Below, in pieces: positions 12,001 through 24,000 of a stretch of 64,000 bases of DNA. Both the position numbers and the translations under genes were made by a program. The notes under the pieces are model-generated. The model was given only the letters and a program-made list of their open reading frames with translations. It made no database searches and was not told where the DNA came from. Each line of letters begins with the position of its first letter. Position 1 is the first letter of the stretch. This DNA is from an uncultured Planctomycetia bacterium (GTDB lineage Bacteria; Omnitrophota; Gorgyraeia; Tantalellales; Tantalellaceae), in the NCBI GenBank assembly GCA_964431495.1, contig CAYSJU010000001.1:31574-95573 (forward strand), given 5' to 3'.

Positions 12001-15000
12001 AGCTCCGCCAGAGCCGGGGATTATCATGGTTGCCTCTGCCCGGGAATTACAGGGTCTTTCAGATGAGGATAAAAGGCAGCTGGCAAATGAATTGGATAAT
12101 CGGTTTGGCAAAGCAGGAGAAACCATAGCGGTGGCGTTTAACAGCTTGTCAGAGGGAGAGTTTGATGAGGATGAAGAGACCGCAAGATTCAGTTTTTCAG
12201 GATTAAGGGTCTTTGACAGGGCAAGCATGAGCAGCCTCCGCGCGGAAAGAGAATCCCTCCGGGACAGCACAGAGAAGGAAAAGCACGTGTTGACCCAGGA
12301 GAAACTGGAGAAGAAATTAGAGCTGTCCCCGGAGGACAAGGACGAAAAGGTCTTTATAAAAAAGGTCGGGACTTCCAATTTCATGGTGATTGTCGCGGAT
12401 GACGGCACTACCTATGTCCGGGATCTGGGGAAAGATGTATTACCACAGACGAAACGGGAGGTCGTGCGTGCCAATGCTGTTCTTTCAGGCAAAGACAGAG
12501 AGAGCAGAAAGGCCGGGCTCAGGGCGGACGAGTATATAGTGAATGAAAGTGGTGTTTTTGTGAGAATGGAAGGTGTTCCCGGCGCGCCGGGTTCGGACAA
12601 ACCGCCTGTTCCATTGTTTGATGTTCTAGTCGATATCAATCTGACCGGTAAAGAAGAGATCGGAGAAAGACTTCCTTTGACAAAGGAAACCGGCCGTCCG
12701 GAGATGAGAGGGGTCTGGTCCCAGACCCGTCGCCGCGGCAGAGGAGTTGGTAACGCCATAAAAGGCGTCTTTGTGAGATTCGGTAGAAGGGCATTAACAG
12801 CAAAAGAGTGGATAGATTACAGGGTCGATCTTGTCTATAGAAGTCATGGATTTTTCCGGTCCCTCCTGCCCGCTGTTCCCAAAGTAATAATAAGCAGATT
12901 TATTATAGGTATTCCCAAGTTCATGTTCAAGGATACACGCCGGCGTTTCGGTCTCTGGAGGGAAAGGAGGAAAGCGGCTTATAAACGAAAAGCAAGCAGG
13001 CTTGAGCAGAAGTGGAGAAGAGGCGAACTTTTCCACAGATTGGATTATAGACTGAACAAAATTAAAAAAGATCCCTCTGCCGGAAAGATCAAAAAGGGTT
13101 TTGCCAGCGTGGGATCATGGATACTCAGGGCAAGCTTTAAGAAGACTTATTACTGGATACGGACCGGCGCTGGTAATGCCTTTTTAGCAATAAGCATTGT
13201 TTTCGTGCTTCGCGTTGCTTTCTGGGAATTGCCAAAGGGCATATTGAAACTGATATTCGTCCTCCCTGTCAGGAAATTCAGGGGCTGGCTTAAGAAAAGA
13301 AAAGAGATGAAAGAACCCGAACTGGAGTCTGAAGATGTAATAAGATCCAGGCTGCCTCAAATTGTACAGGAAGGGACGATTACTGAAGAGCGGGCAGTTG
13401 AAGAAGCCCAAAAGCTTACCGGCGCGGAACTCCAGGTTCCGGAGACGCACTCGGTCAGGGTCAGGCGGATAGCGGAGTTACTGCAATACCTGTCTCAGGA
13501 AGGCCTGGACAGGTCTGATCCAGAATATGAGGCCGCCTGCAGGGAGATAGGGCAGATCCTTTTTGATATGGCCGAAGACGCTGAAAAGATCGGGACAGAT
13601 CTATGGAAAGAAAGGGCCAGGGAGCTGCGCCTGAACGCGTTCAATTATATGTCGATCGCGGCAGCGCTGGATAAAAAGGATATGACGGCAACAGCGCTTC
13701 TTGGCATTATTTTACATTCTATGGGAGATGATGGAAAGGCTAAGAAATTGCTGGAGAAAGCAGTGAAAAAAGGCGTTCCACAGGATGCGAACATGACCAT
13801 GGCGTGCGTTGTTCTCGGCAAGATGCTTGAGGATGAGGCGGACAAGAGTAAGGACAGGGAAGATTATAAAAAGGCCGCCAGGGTGTACCAGAAAGCAAGG
13901 ATGTCTGACGTGACACTCCTTGGAGAAGATATCTCCATAACCGAAGCAAAGGCGCGTTGTCTGGAAAATGCTAAAAAGAAGGCAAAAGAGGAGGAGAAGA
14001 AACCCTCAGCGGGGCAGCAGATGAAAAAGATGCTTGGTGAAAGCTTCAAGCTGAACAAGCTGATGGGAAGTAAACGCCAGAGGATAATTGCAGGGGTGTT
14101 AGCCGGGACAGTGGTCATTATTGCGATCTTCGCGCCCGGGCTTCTTCTGGCGGTTGCCAGCACCCTGGGTGGAGTTAAGTTGCCGGTTTTATCCTGGGGA
14201 TTGGCCCAGATAGCCTCCCCTCTGCTTATACTCGCGGAAGCCGGCGGAATAGTGGCAAAACTTTTTGCCCTCAGCAAGGTGGCCTTTAGTTTCACAATGA
14301 TAATCAGGTTGTCAACAGGAGCTGGTCGCAGGGTATATGGCATTTTCACCAATCCATTAGCCATAAGGCGCATGGTCCGGACTGAAAGACAAGCGATGAA
14401 GAGAGCTCCTGGCCAGGCTGAACCGCGCATAGGCCTTATTAAAGTCTATGAATCCATGGACAAAACTTCAAAAGCCGCAAGGCAGGTGAACAGGACCTCG
14501 AAGAAGATTAGAAAAGGAAAGATGTCTCCTGAAGAATCCGCGAAATTCATAGAATTTCTTTTTGAAAGAAGCAAGAAGGAAAAAGAGGAAAAAGAGGAGG
14601 AAGAAGAGATGGGATTCCCGGGGTTCCCGGGGACTCCCGGACTCGGAGCGGTAAGAAGAAAACCCAAAGCTGAGGAAATGAAAAAGGAAGAGGCGAGTAA
14701 GGAGGAAAAGCAGAGAGAAAAGGAAAGAGAGACCGCTGAATATCTTTTCCGGGCTGTATATGCCAGCGCGGAAACTCCTGAAGACCGCGCTAAAGCTTAC
14801 CTTCTCAGGGGAAGACTGGCGCTCAGGAGTGAACCGCCCGAAGTTGTGCGCATGAGGGACGGCCCTGAGGACTTTGTTGATATAGCTGTCTACTCCGCGG
14901 ATCAAATAGTTGACAGAGTGGATGAGCTGGAAAGTAAGAGCGCGGCGACAGCAGAGGAATCGCAGGAGCTGGAAAAGTTGAGGCCCTTTGTGACCGACGC

Positions 15001-18000
15001 GCTTCTTCTAAGGATGGAAGCCCTTCAGAAAAGATATGAAAAGAACAGGACCGAAGAGAACGGGCGGGAATTCTTAAATGTTTTGGAACAATTGAGAGTC
15101 TTGGCGGACCAGATGGATACAGAGCAGCTCGAAAGATTCCAGACCGCGGGGATAGACCATAAGCCTGATGAGAAGACGTCGGCGCGGAGTTACGCAAAAA
15201 GCGCGGAAGAAGCAACAAGTATCGAAGAAGCCCCCGCCATAGAGAAGAAAGAGCCTGCTGTCGAAGAGAAGCTGTTCACCGGGGACCAGGCAGACAGGGC
15301 TCAGCGGGAGATGCTGGAAGACAAGCTTAAACGTGAAAAGACCCTCCTAAGCGGCGAGAGACTGGACCTCGCGGAATTATACATGAAAGAAGGCCTGTAT
15401 TCCAGGGCTATCAGGCAGCTGAAAAAGATACCCCGCGGTGATGATAAAGCAGCATTAGTTGCCAGGATGATAGTGCTGGGGTGCTTAAAGATGAAAGAGG
15501 ATCCAAGATGGTTCCAGCGGCTTGGTCTTATCAGGAGGTTCTGGACCTTCAGGCGCGCCATAAACAGGCTTAGGGCATTAGGCGGAGAGAACACGGAATG
15601 GGCGGACTGGATAGCGAGCACATTATATAAAGTCAGACCTGCCGGGGCGGAAGAAGCGTTTGAGGCGATAGCTGCATCATATATGGCTGAACCAGCGAAT
15701 AATGATGAAAAAGTTAACAATGAACTCATTGAGTCCGGGTTGAAAGCAATAGTGGGCTCTAAAAGAAGAAAGGTAGAAGCATCCAGGGCTGTTGAGAACA
15801 TGCTTGCCCATGGATCCATACCGGATGAAAGAGGACCTTTCACGGAACTGGCCTCTGATAATACACGGAAGCTGAAAGAAACCGTTAAAAAGACGTCGAA
15901 AAAGAAGTTAAGAGCGCTTGTGCGGGACCTGTATTCTATCCGGAGAAAGAGGCTTGAAAGACTTGCAGCTATAGAAAGAAAACTCACTCCCGGCACTGAT
16001 CCCTATGAGAAGAACAGGGCAAAGCGGGACAGGCTTAGAAAGGAGAAAGAGAAAATAGACAGAGAGCTGGGCCCGATAGAACTTGATATTTTGAACAGGA
16101 CCGCGCTTCTTGTAGGAGCCAATAAGGAATCTCCGGGGGCAGTATCTGAGATCAGTGAACACGGAGAACTGAAATATTTTATCAGGGCTCTGGCAGGAGG
16201 TCATGAGCACGTCTCAGACTTAATGAAGAAACTTGATCATATTGAAGAAGGTGTGGGGAAAGATTTTCTGCATGTCCTTCTTGTTGACGCCTGGTTAGAA
16301 GATCGTTTCGGTCAGGCATATGACAATGACAAAAACAAGCCTTCCGGGGTGGTTGCCGACAGGGATCAGCTAATGATGCACTTTTCTGTCCTCTTATCCA
16401 TATATGGCCAGTCTGAAAACAAAGTATTGAGAGATATTATCAGAAGCGCTCTGGAAAACATATCCGGATATGACATCTACGGAACATGGGATGGAAGGAA
16501 GTTTGGACGTTCGCCGGTAGTCAGTGATGCCATTGAAAGTCTTGGTGAAGTCCAGGAAGAAGGGATCAAAGGACTTGTCGCTGAAATGAACGAAAAACAA
16601 GGGGCAAAGAATCTTAATGAAGGCCGCAGTCTTGAAAGTAAAGCGAAGGAGGAGAAGGACGCCCTGAAGAGATCCGGGTTAACAAATAAGGCAAAGCGGC
16701 AATTGGGCAGCGCTATGGTGCATTTAGAGAATTCCATGGAATATTACCGCGAAAGATTGGAGGAAAGGGGGATCGACAGGGACCAGAGGAAGAAAGCGCT
16801 TGAACCCATCCGCGGTTTGATAGAGGCGTGGTACGGGAGAGACGCGGCTAATGCCGTCATAAAGGTCATGGAGGAAGCGATTTCCGAAGAGGAAGACGAA
16901 GATGAGCTTATTAAAAGGATGGAGCCGGTCCTTGATAAGATCACTTTTGTGGGCACCGATAAAGACCTGGTCAAGAAACTATTGCCCGGCCTTTCGCTGA
17001 AGGATCTAATAACTCTTATGAATAATTGCGGAAACATTTTATCGTATGATGAAAAAATGACGCAGATACTGGCCAGGGGGGCGGGATATGACATGGAGGA
17101 ATGGGACATGGCTATCGACGCCGTAAAAGATCTCCTTGGAAATATTGATGTTGATGATCTTGTGAAAGCGCGTCTGGATGTTGATATCCGGATGAACGCT
17201 GTTCAGGTCCCGGTGCCCGGAGATGATCCCGAGATCCTTTCGGAATGGATAATTTTAATAGCCGGTCTTATCAAAAAGAAAAAAGAAACCGGATTAGACA
17301 CTACCAATGAGATGGAAACATATGAGGTCCTGAAAGAGAAGCTTATAACAGTCCTGAAGAAAAGGAGGGACAGAGAGGAGACGGATGAGATAAACGGGGC
17401 ACTCAGGGAGGCGGGAAGCCTTATAAGCGCCGCAGAAGCATATGAAGCGCTCGGGGAGTACGGCAAAGCGGAAGAGGCCCTCGGCAAAGCCAGGGACATG
17501 ATAAACGATCTCTTCGAGAGAAATATGCAGCTTCAATATGAAGGTGAAGAACTCCTGCCTGAAGAGGTGATGGAAAAGTGCAAGGACAAGGCAACGGAAC
17601 TGGCTGGAAAGTTAAAAGGAGTTTATTACAGACAGGGCAAATACTTTGACGCCATGATGACCGTTGCCAGGGGACAAAAACTCCTGGCGGAATATACTTT
17701 TACGGTTGACGGGGTGGAAAAGGAAGCTGACGCGCAGAGATACATCAATAAAGCCCGTGAAACCTTGAATAATGCCGACAGGTTGAATCCATATCAGCCG
17801 GATGTGAAGCTGGAGATGATGGAAGTTGACATGCTGCGGCTCACCATTGCCAGACGGGAAGTGGAAGAGGCGCAGAAAAAGGAAGACGAGGAAAAAGAGA
17901 AAAAGGAGGAGCTTGAGAAGAAGATCGAAGAATTAACGGAAAAACAGGAAAAACTTGAAGAGGATCTCGCTATTGTAAGAAACAGAGCCCAGGCGGAGGT

Positions 18001-21000
18001 TGTCCTTCTGGCTGCCAAGGGGATCACAGGTGATGAAAACGCTAGCCAGAATAAACGCCAGAAAAAGCTTGATGAAATAAAGAGACCGTTGACAGAGGTG
18101 TTAAAGGATATCGAATCCAGCAAAGAAGAGCTGGTTGATGTAGAAGCGGAACTGACTGATCTGGAAGAAAGGAGAGGATCGCAAGAGGGGCAAGAGAGAG
18201 ATACTATTGCCGTTCAGAGCACTGATATCGCATCCGCGGTCAACAGGGCTTTTGAATGTATTGTGGACGGTAAATATGATACCGATAACGATAATGTGAA
18301 AAAGGCCGTAGAATTCCTGTCCTCGCTTTCACCTTTTGAAGAACTGCCGCATGAGGCTCAGGATGCCATAGTATCGAATATAGCGCTTTTACAGCGATAT
18401 GAAAGGGCATTGGAAATATCCGATAAAGCCGAGGGTGTTAAAAGACGGGCGTTCATCACCCGGCTTTTACTGGACTTACATTTCAAGGGAGACCATGACA
18501 TGCTAATGGGAAAGGCAAAGGTTGAGTTCATGGGGAACAAACCTTCTGGAACACTGATAGCTCTTGAACAGATCGACGGGGGATACGAAGGTCTGGGAGA
18601 GAAGATAGAAGTCACTGAATTTTTGGATTATATATCGGAAAAGATGCCCGAAGAGGGTCGCGGTGAACTTATAAACACGCTTTACGGGCTTCTCGAAACT
18701 GTAGACGGGACCCAGGACCCGGTCCTGAGAGCTGGTATTACGCGGAACATCTATAACTTGATTGATTTGGAAACGGATCAAGATCTGACCAGTGAAGAAA
18801 ATTTTACGGAAGAAGGGACCTTTAAAGATGAAAAACGTGAAATAATAATAAAGAAAAGTCTTACTGAATTGCTCAAGGAAAAAGAAATAAATGAAGCGAT
18901 CGCGGGAACAGAGGGGTTCCTGGAGGATCTGTTGTCAATATTTGAGACACTGAAGAAAGATGAAAAAGACTGGAAACAGATGGGCTGGCAGGACCAGATA
19001 GAGTTTCTGATGGATTTCTTTGTTGAGAAGGAGCAGCCCGAAGACCTGGTCGAAAAGATGGAACAGGCGAACAGAATGAAATTGTATGATGTCATGGAGA
19101 GAACGGAGGATGTCGAGCGACGAAAGGCGGCGATAGAGCAGATCCTCAGGCAGGAGGTCGACGTATTACCGGAGTCGAGGAATAACGATTTTATCAAGGG
19201 AAAAGCTTACGAACTTATGTCTCTTGATAAGGAATCCGCGCTGGCCGGTTATTTCCTGGGTGTTGCGGCGTATCAAAGCGGCAGAAGGACAAAGGAGGGT
19301 GAAGCAAAAAGACAGGAGGGCTATTCCCGCGCTGATGCTATTGAGCGGCTGAAGAAGTATCTGGAGAAAAATAAGGATGACGAGCAGGCGCTTCTTTTCC
19401 TCGCGGACATTTATGAAGCGAGGCACGATGAGATGTTCGCGGAAAACCGTAATAAAGAAGGATATGATCCGGAAGCGTCCCGGCATTTTGATGAACTTTC
19501 CGGTCATTTTATTAATAAATATGATGAAAAGATAAAAGAGAAAGATGAACCTGCCGCGGCAGAGGCCCTTTCCGAAGCGCTGAAATACATTGACCTGGCC
19601 ATAATATGCGATCCCCGCAACTCTGGTTTCAGGATCAAACAGGCAGGTATCTTCAAGAAAATGGGAGAGGATGAAGCGGCAGCGAGGGAAGCGGAGACCA
19701 TTATCGAAGTAAGCGTGGAAAAACCGCTGTTCGCGCCCATTGTTACCGTGGAAGACAAGAAAGAGGCAAATACATTGCTTGCGGATATAAGGATCAGTGA
19801 GGGAGATCTCCGCGGCGTTCAGGATATGTTAGAGGGGAGGATGAACCGGGTGACCAGGATGGGAAAAACAGCTCTGGCAGCCGCAGTGATATTAGCTGCC
19901 GCGGGTTTTCCTCTTGGCGGCCTGGTGCTTGGGAGCATTGCGGTCCTGGCGGCCATTATTTCTCATATTACGCTTATAAGGATCCCTGCCGGCATAGCTG
20001 CCCGGCTTGCGCTTATACACATGCGCCTGGGCGACAGAGGCAGGACCGGAAGATACATGAGGCGCATGCGCAGGAGAATAGAAAAACAGGGAGAAAAAGT
20101 AGACGCTGATACACTGGGTATTCTCGCAGATGAACTGCAGACGTGGGCTGGCGCACCTGAAAGGCCTGATAAAGACAGGTATGTAGTTTACGGCGAGATC
20201 GTGGACTTAAGAGAGATGAGGAAAGAGTCCCCGGCTGTAAGCGAGGATGAGGAAAACAAACGTATTGCCGGATTAAAGATGGAACAGGCCCGGATGGAAA
20301 GGCCTTTAGGCTTGCGGCGGAGGGAAAAACGAAGGCAGGATCATCTGGAAAACAGAAAAGGGCTGTTAAATGCGGCTAAAGAAGCGGATCCCGACCTGTC
20401 TGATGAAGCTGATCAGATGCTGATGGCTATAAACAACAAGGAGATCGAACGGCTCGAACGCCAGCAGAGGCGTTTTCAGAGGGTAAGGAACAGGCGGTTT
20501 GTCAGAAGGTTTTTCCATGATGTAGCCGAAAACATTATTCCGCTTTACCTGGATAATGCCGGATTACTTGTTGAGCTGTTCGAGAAAGAAAGCGATCCTG
20601 CCAGTCTTAGCGATCTCAGGGGACAGGCATACGATGCTCTGACCTTTGCAAGGGAGATCGCTGAAAGGGACAGGAAAGATTTGCCGGAAGAGCATGGAAA
20701 ATTAATGGCCAGGATATTTGTCAGCCTGGGAGACGAGAACAGGGGAAGACGCGAGTATGATACCGCGCTTTCAGATTATGATCTGGCCATTGAGCAGGAT
20801 GATAATAATGCAAAAGCCCATCTAGGGATAGCTCTTGCACTTAAGGAACAGGGCGCTGATCCGGAGCTTATCGCGGAGCATCTCGATAAAGCCCTTGAGC
20901 TTGAACCTTCTCTTGACGAACCCGGGGCCGAGAATTTTGAGGGTTTAGTTGAACTTTATAACAGCCTTGGAAAGCATGACATGGCGGAGGCCGCGGCAGA

Positions 21001-24000
21001 AAGAATAGAGGCAAGATTTTTAAAGGCGAAGAAAGAAGAGTTGGGAAAAAAGGCTAAGCAGGCCCGTAAGAAATCCGAAGCGCCGCAATTAGAGGATGTT
21101 GTCCAGACCGGTGTTGAAATAGAAAGATTGAGGAAAGAGATAGAGGAGAAGGAAGAGATTGTTGCAGCATTGCCGGACGGGGACAAGGGAGAGCCTTATT
21201 ATACATATGCTGAAAATGATCTCGAGCTGGATAAAGCCGAGTTGAAAGCAAGAGAAGAAGATCTGGGAAATAACATGACCAGGTTCAAAGAACTGGTGAA
21301 TAAGGGAGAGGTATTTAACGCGGTGATCGGCAATATGAGGGGACAGCCGCTGGATGAAGCGATGGAGCAGCTGAGTGTATTTCATGATCTATTGAAAAAA
21401 CAGAACCTTCTTTCCGCTAAAAATATTTCCGATCCCGTTGACCTCGCCCTTGCTGAACGGTATGAACAAAAAGGTGATCTTGAAAAGGCAGAGGAACATC
21501 TCAAACCTGTTCTGGAAGCGGTCCCGTCCACTCTCGGTCATGTAAAAGCCAATTTAGTGATAAAAGCGTATCTGCTTCATGCCAAAGTGCTTGTCCGGAC
21601 AGATAAGGAGACCAGATTTGAGGATGCTGTTGATTCTCTATCCCGTGCCGCCGGATGGATTTCTGGATTAAACGAAAACTTCAAGGACAGGCGCCTGGTC
21701 AGTGACGCTTTTGACTCGTTTAAGGATGTTCTCAGGTCTCTGGAAGAGGCTGGATTATCGTTTGATGTATACATGAAGTATAGAGATAACCTTTTTGATA
21801 TTTTCGAGCAACTCTCTGTGTTGGGAGAAGACGCCGATGCCGCTCGTCTGGCTGCCGATGCCGCATTAAAGAATATCACTGACAGGTCCAGGGGCTTTAT
21901 AGGAAATGCATTATTTGATAAGAGAATAAAGGATGTTTTAAAGGCGCCTTTCCTTCAGGCAATATTAGATGCGATCCCAAGGGATAGAACCGTCTTGAAC
22001 AAGTTGCAAGGGCTTCAAGAACACCTGGAAATGGTATTGGACTCAAGGGACAATGATCTCAGGGTAAGGGCTAATCTGATCATGGGGTTGCTGACAGGCA
22101 GGGGCAGAAAAGCGAGGAATTTGATCAAAGAAGCAGTCACAGCAGATGAAAGCCTGAAGAATACCGCGCTGGTGGTTCGCGGTCTCGCCAGGACTTATAT
22201 CCTTTATTTCCCGAGGAACATCGCGTTAAGATCGCGCGCGAGAAAAATGGAGAAGCAGACCGCGGGTGAATTTGTGAGAAGGGGGAATAACGACTTTGAT
22301 AAAGAGAAACACCATGGAGCTATAAGGAATTATGAAAAGGCAATAGACCTGGATTCCTCCCTGAAAGAAAATAAAGACATAAAGGAAAAGCTTTCAAAGG
22401 CATATGAGGAAGATAAAGGGACCTTGATGAGCAGGTTCAGGAGACTTTTCTGGAGGAAAGAGAAGAAACTTTTACTGGGAACGGATCTACTCCGCAAGGC
22501 GCTCGAATTCGCCACGGATGAAGACAGGAAACCGGCTGTAAGGAATAGTCTTATTTCAAATCTGACTGCGCTTTCCACCCTGATGACAACCCGTTTCGTG
22601 AACATGAGATCTGCCGAACAGAGGAAGAAATGGCAGGATTTTCAAGCACGCATGTCTGATATAAATACTGAAATAGGAAAATTGCACGCGGATAACATGA
22701 TCTTACATCAGGAGAAGAAACATTCCGCGGAGGCTGAAGCGTCTTTCAACAATGCAAAAGGCGCCCTTACCATGGCTGTCAAGTTTAATCCCGAAAACAT
22801 GGAAGCGAGAAATGGGCTCGAGAGGCTCGGCGAAGAGGTCCCGGCTGAGGAAACTGCCGAACAGCTGATCCGGAAAGCCAGGGACAAGGTCAAAGAGGGA
22901 GAATTTGAAGAAGCGCTTTCTTTGCTGGATGAAGCTGTGGAAAAGGACAAAGACAAGGAGAGTGAAGTAAAAGATGATAAGGGCAACATCGAAGAGGTAA
23001 ATAAGATCACAGACGCCATATTGGATTATTTTATGAGAAAGGCGTACATTGCTGAATATGCCGGCCTGAGCGATACCAATGACCCGGATGGGAGCAAGAG
23101 AAAAGGTATCCAGAACAGGTTCATGCGTGAATTGTCCGGAAATTTTCAGAATAGACAGGAGACTGGTTCGAATATCTTTGAAGAATGGTTCAGGTTAAGT
23201 GACAGGGAGGATGTTACTCGCGGATCCGAGTTGAGACAATTCGCGGATATGTCCATACGCGGCGCCGGAGAAGAAAAGCCGGCAATAAAACCGGGGATCA
23301 GAGACATGTTCTTCCACCGCGGACTTATTATGGCGGAAAGGCTTGTTGGAGAGAGAAACACCGCCAAGGCCTTACACCTTCTCGCTTTGCTGCGGGGGAT
23401 AAGAACATCGAAGAAAGCGCAATTACTCGCAGCAACGTGCAATATCATGCGTCTTGGCGATCAGGAAAAGAAGCCCCTGCGCGATCTTATCAGCGAAGCG
23501 GAGCAGGAATTCATATCCGTTGTGGTAAGCACCCCGGAGGATAAAGCGGAAAAATCCCGTCTGGCCCTGGAGGTAGGCCGGTTATTTTCCGGACGGGCCA
23601 GTTCATTATGGCGTGATAATCAAAAAACAGATAGGTCACAGGCGCGGCAGGAAGCCGAGGAATATTACAAGGCCGCCCTTAAGCTTGATCCGTCAAACTC
23701 GGAAGCATTGCAGGGACTGGTGAATTTCTACGGAAGAGAGAGAGTGGAAGAACTTTTCAGTGATGATACCAGACCATTTGTGATCGAAGCCATAATCCGA
23801 TCAGAGGATATGGCTGCTCTTGGGGGTCTATTCAATACGACTTTTCAGGGTAAGGACGGTATGCTTGATGAAGGCCGGGTTGAAGTTGCGCGGGCATTAT
23901 TCGCGAGGATCGATGAACTGAAGGATACCGAAGGACAGGAGATCATCCGCCTTATGAAAGCCGCATTGCCGGTGATGCGCGGGCTAAAACTGCAGGATCC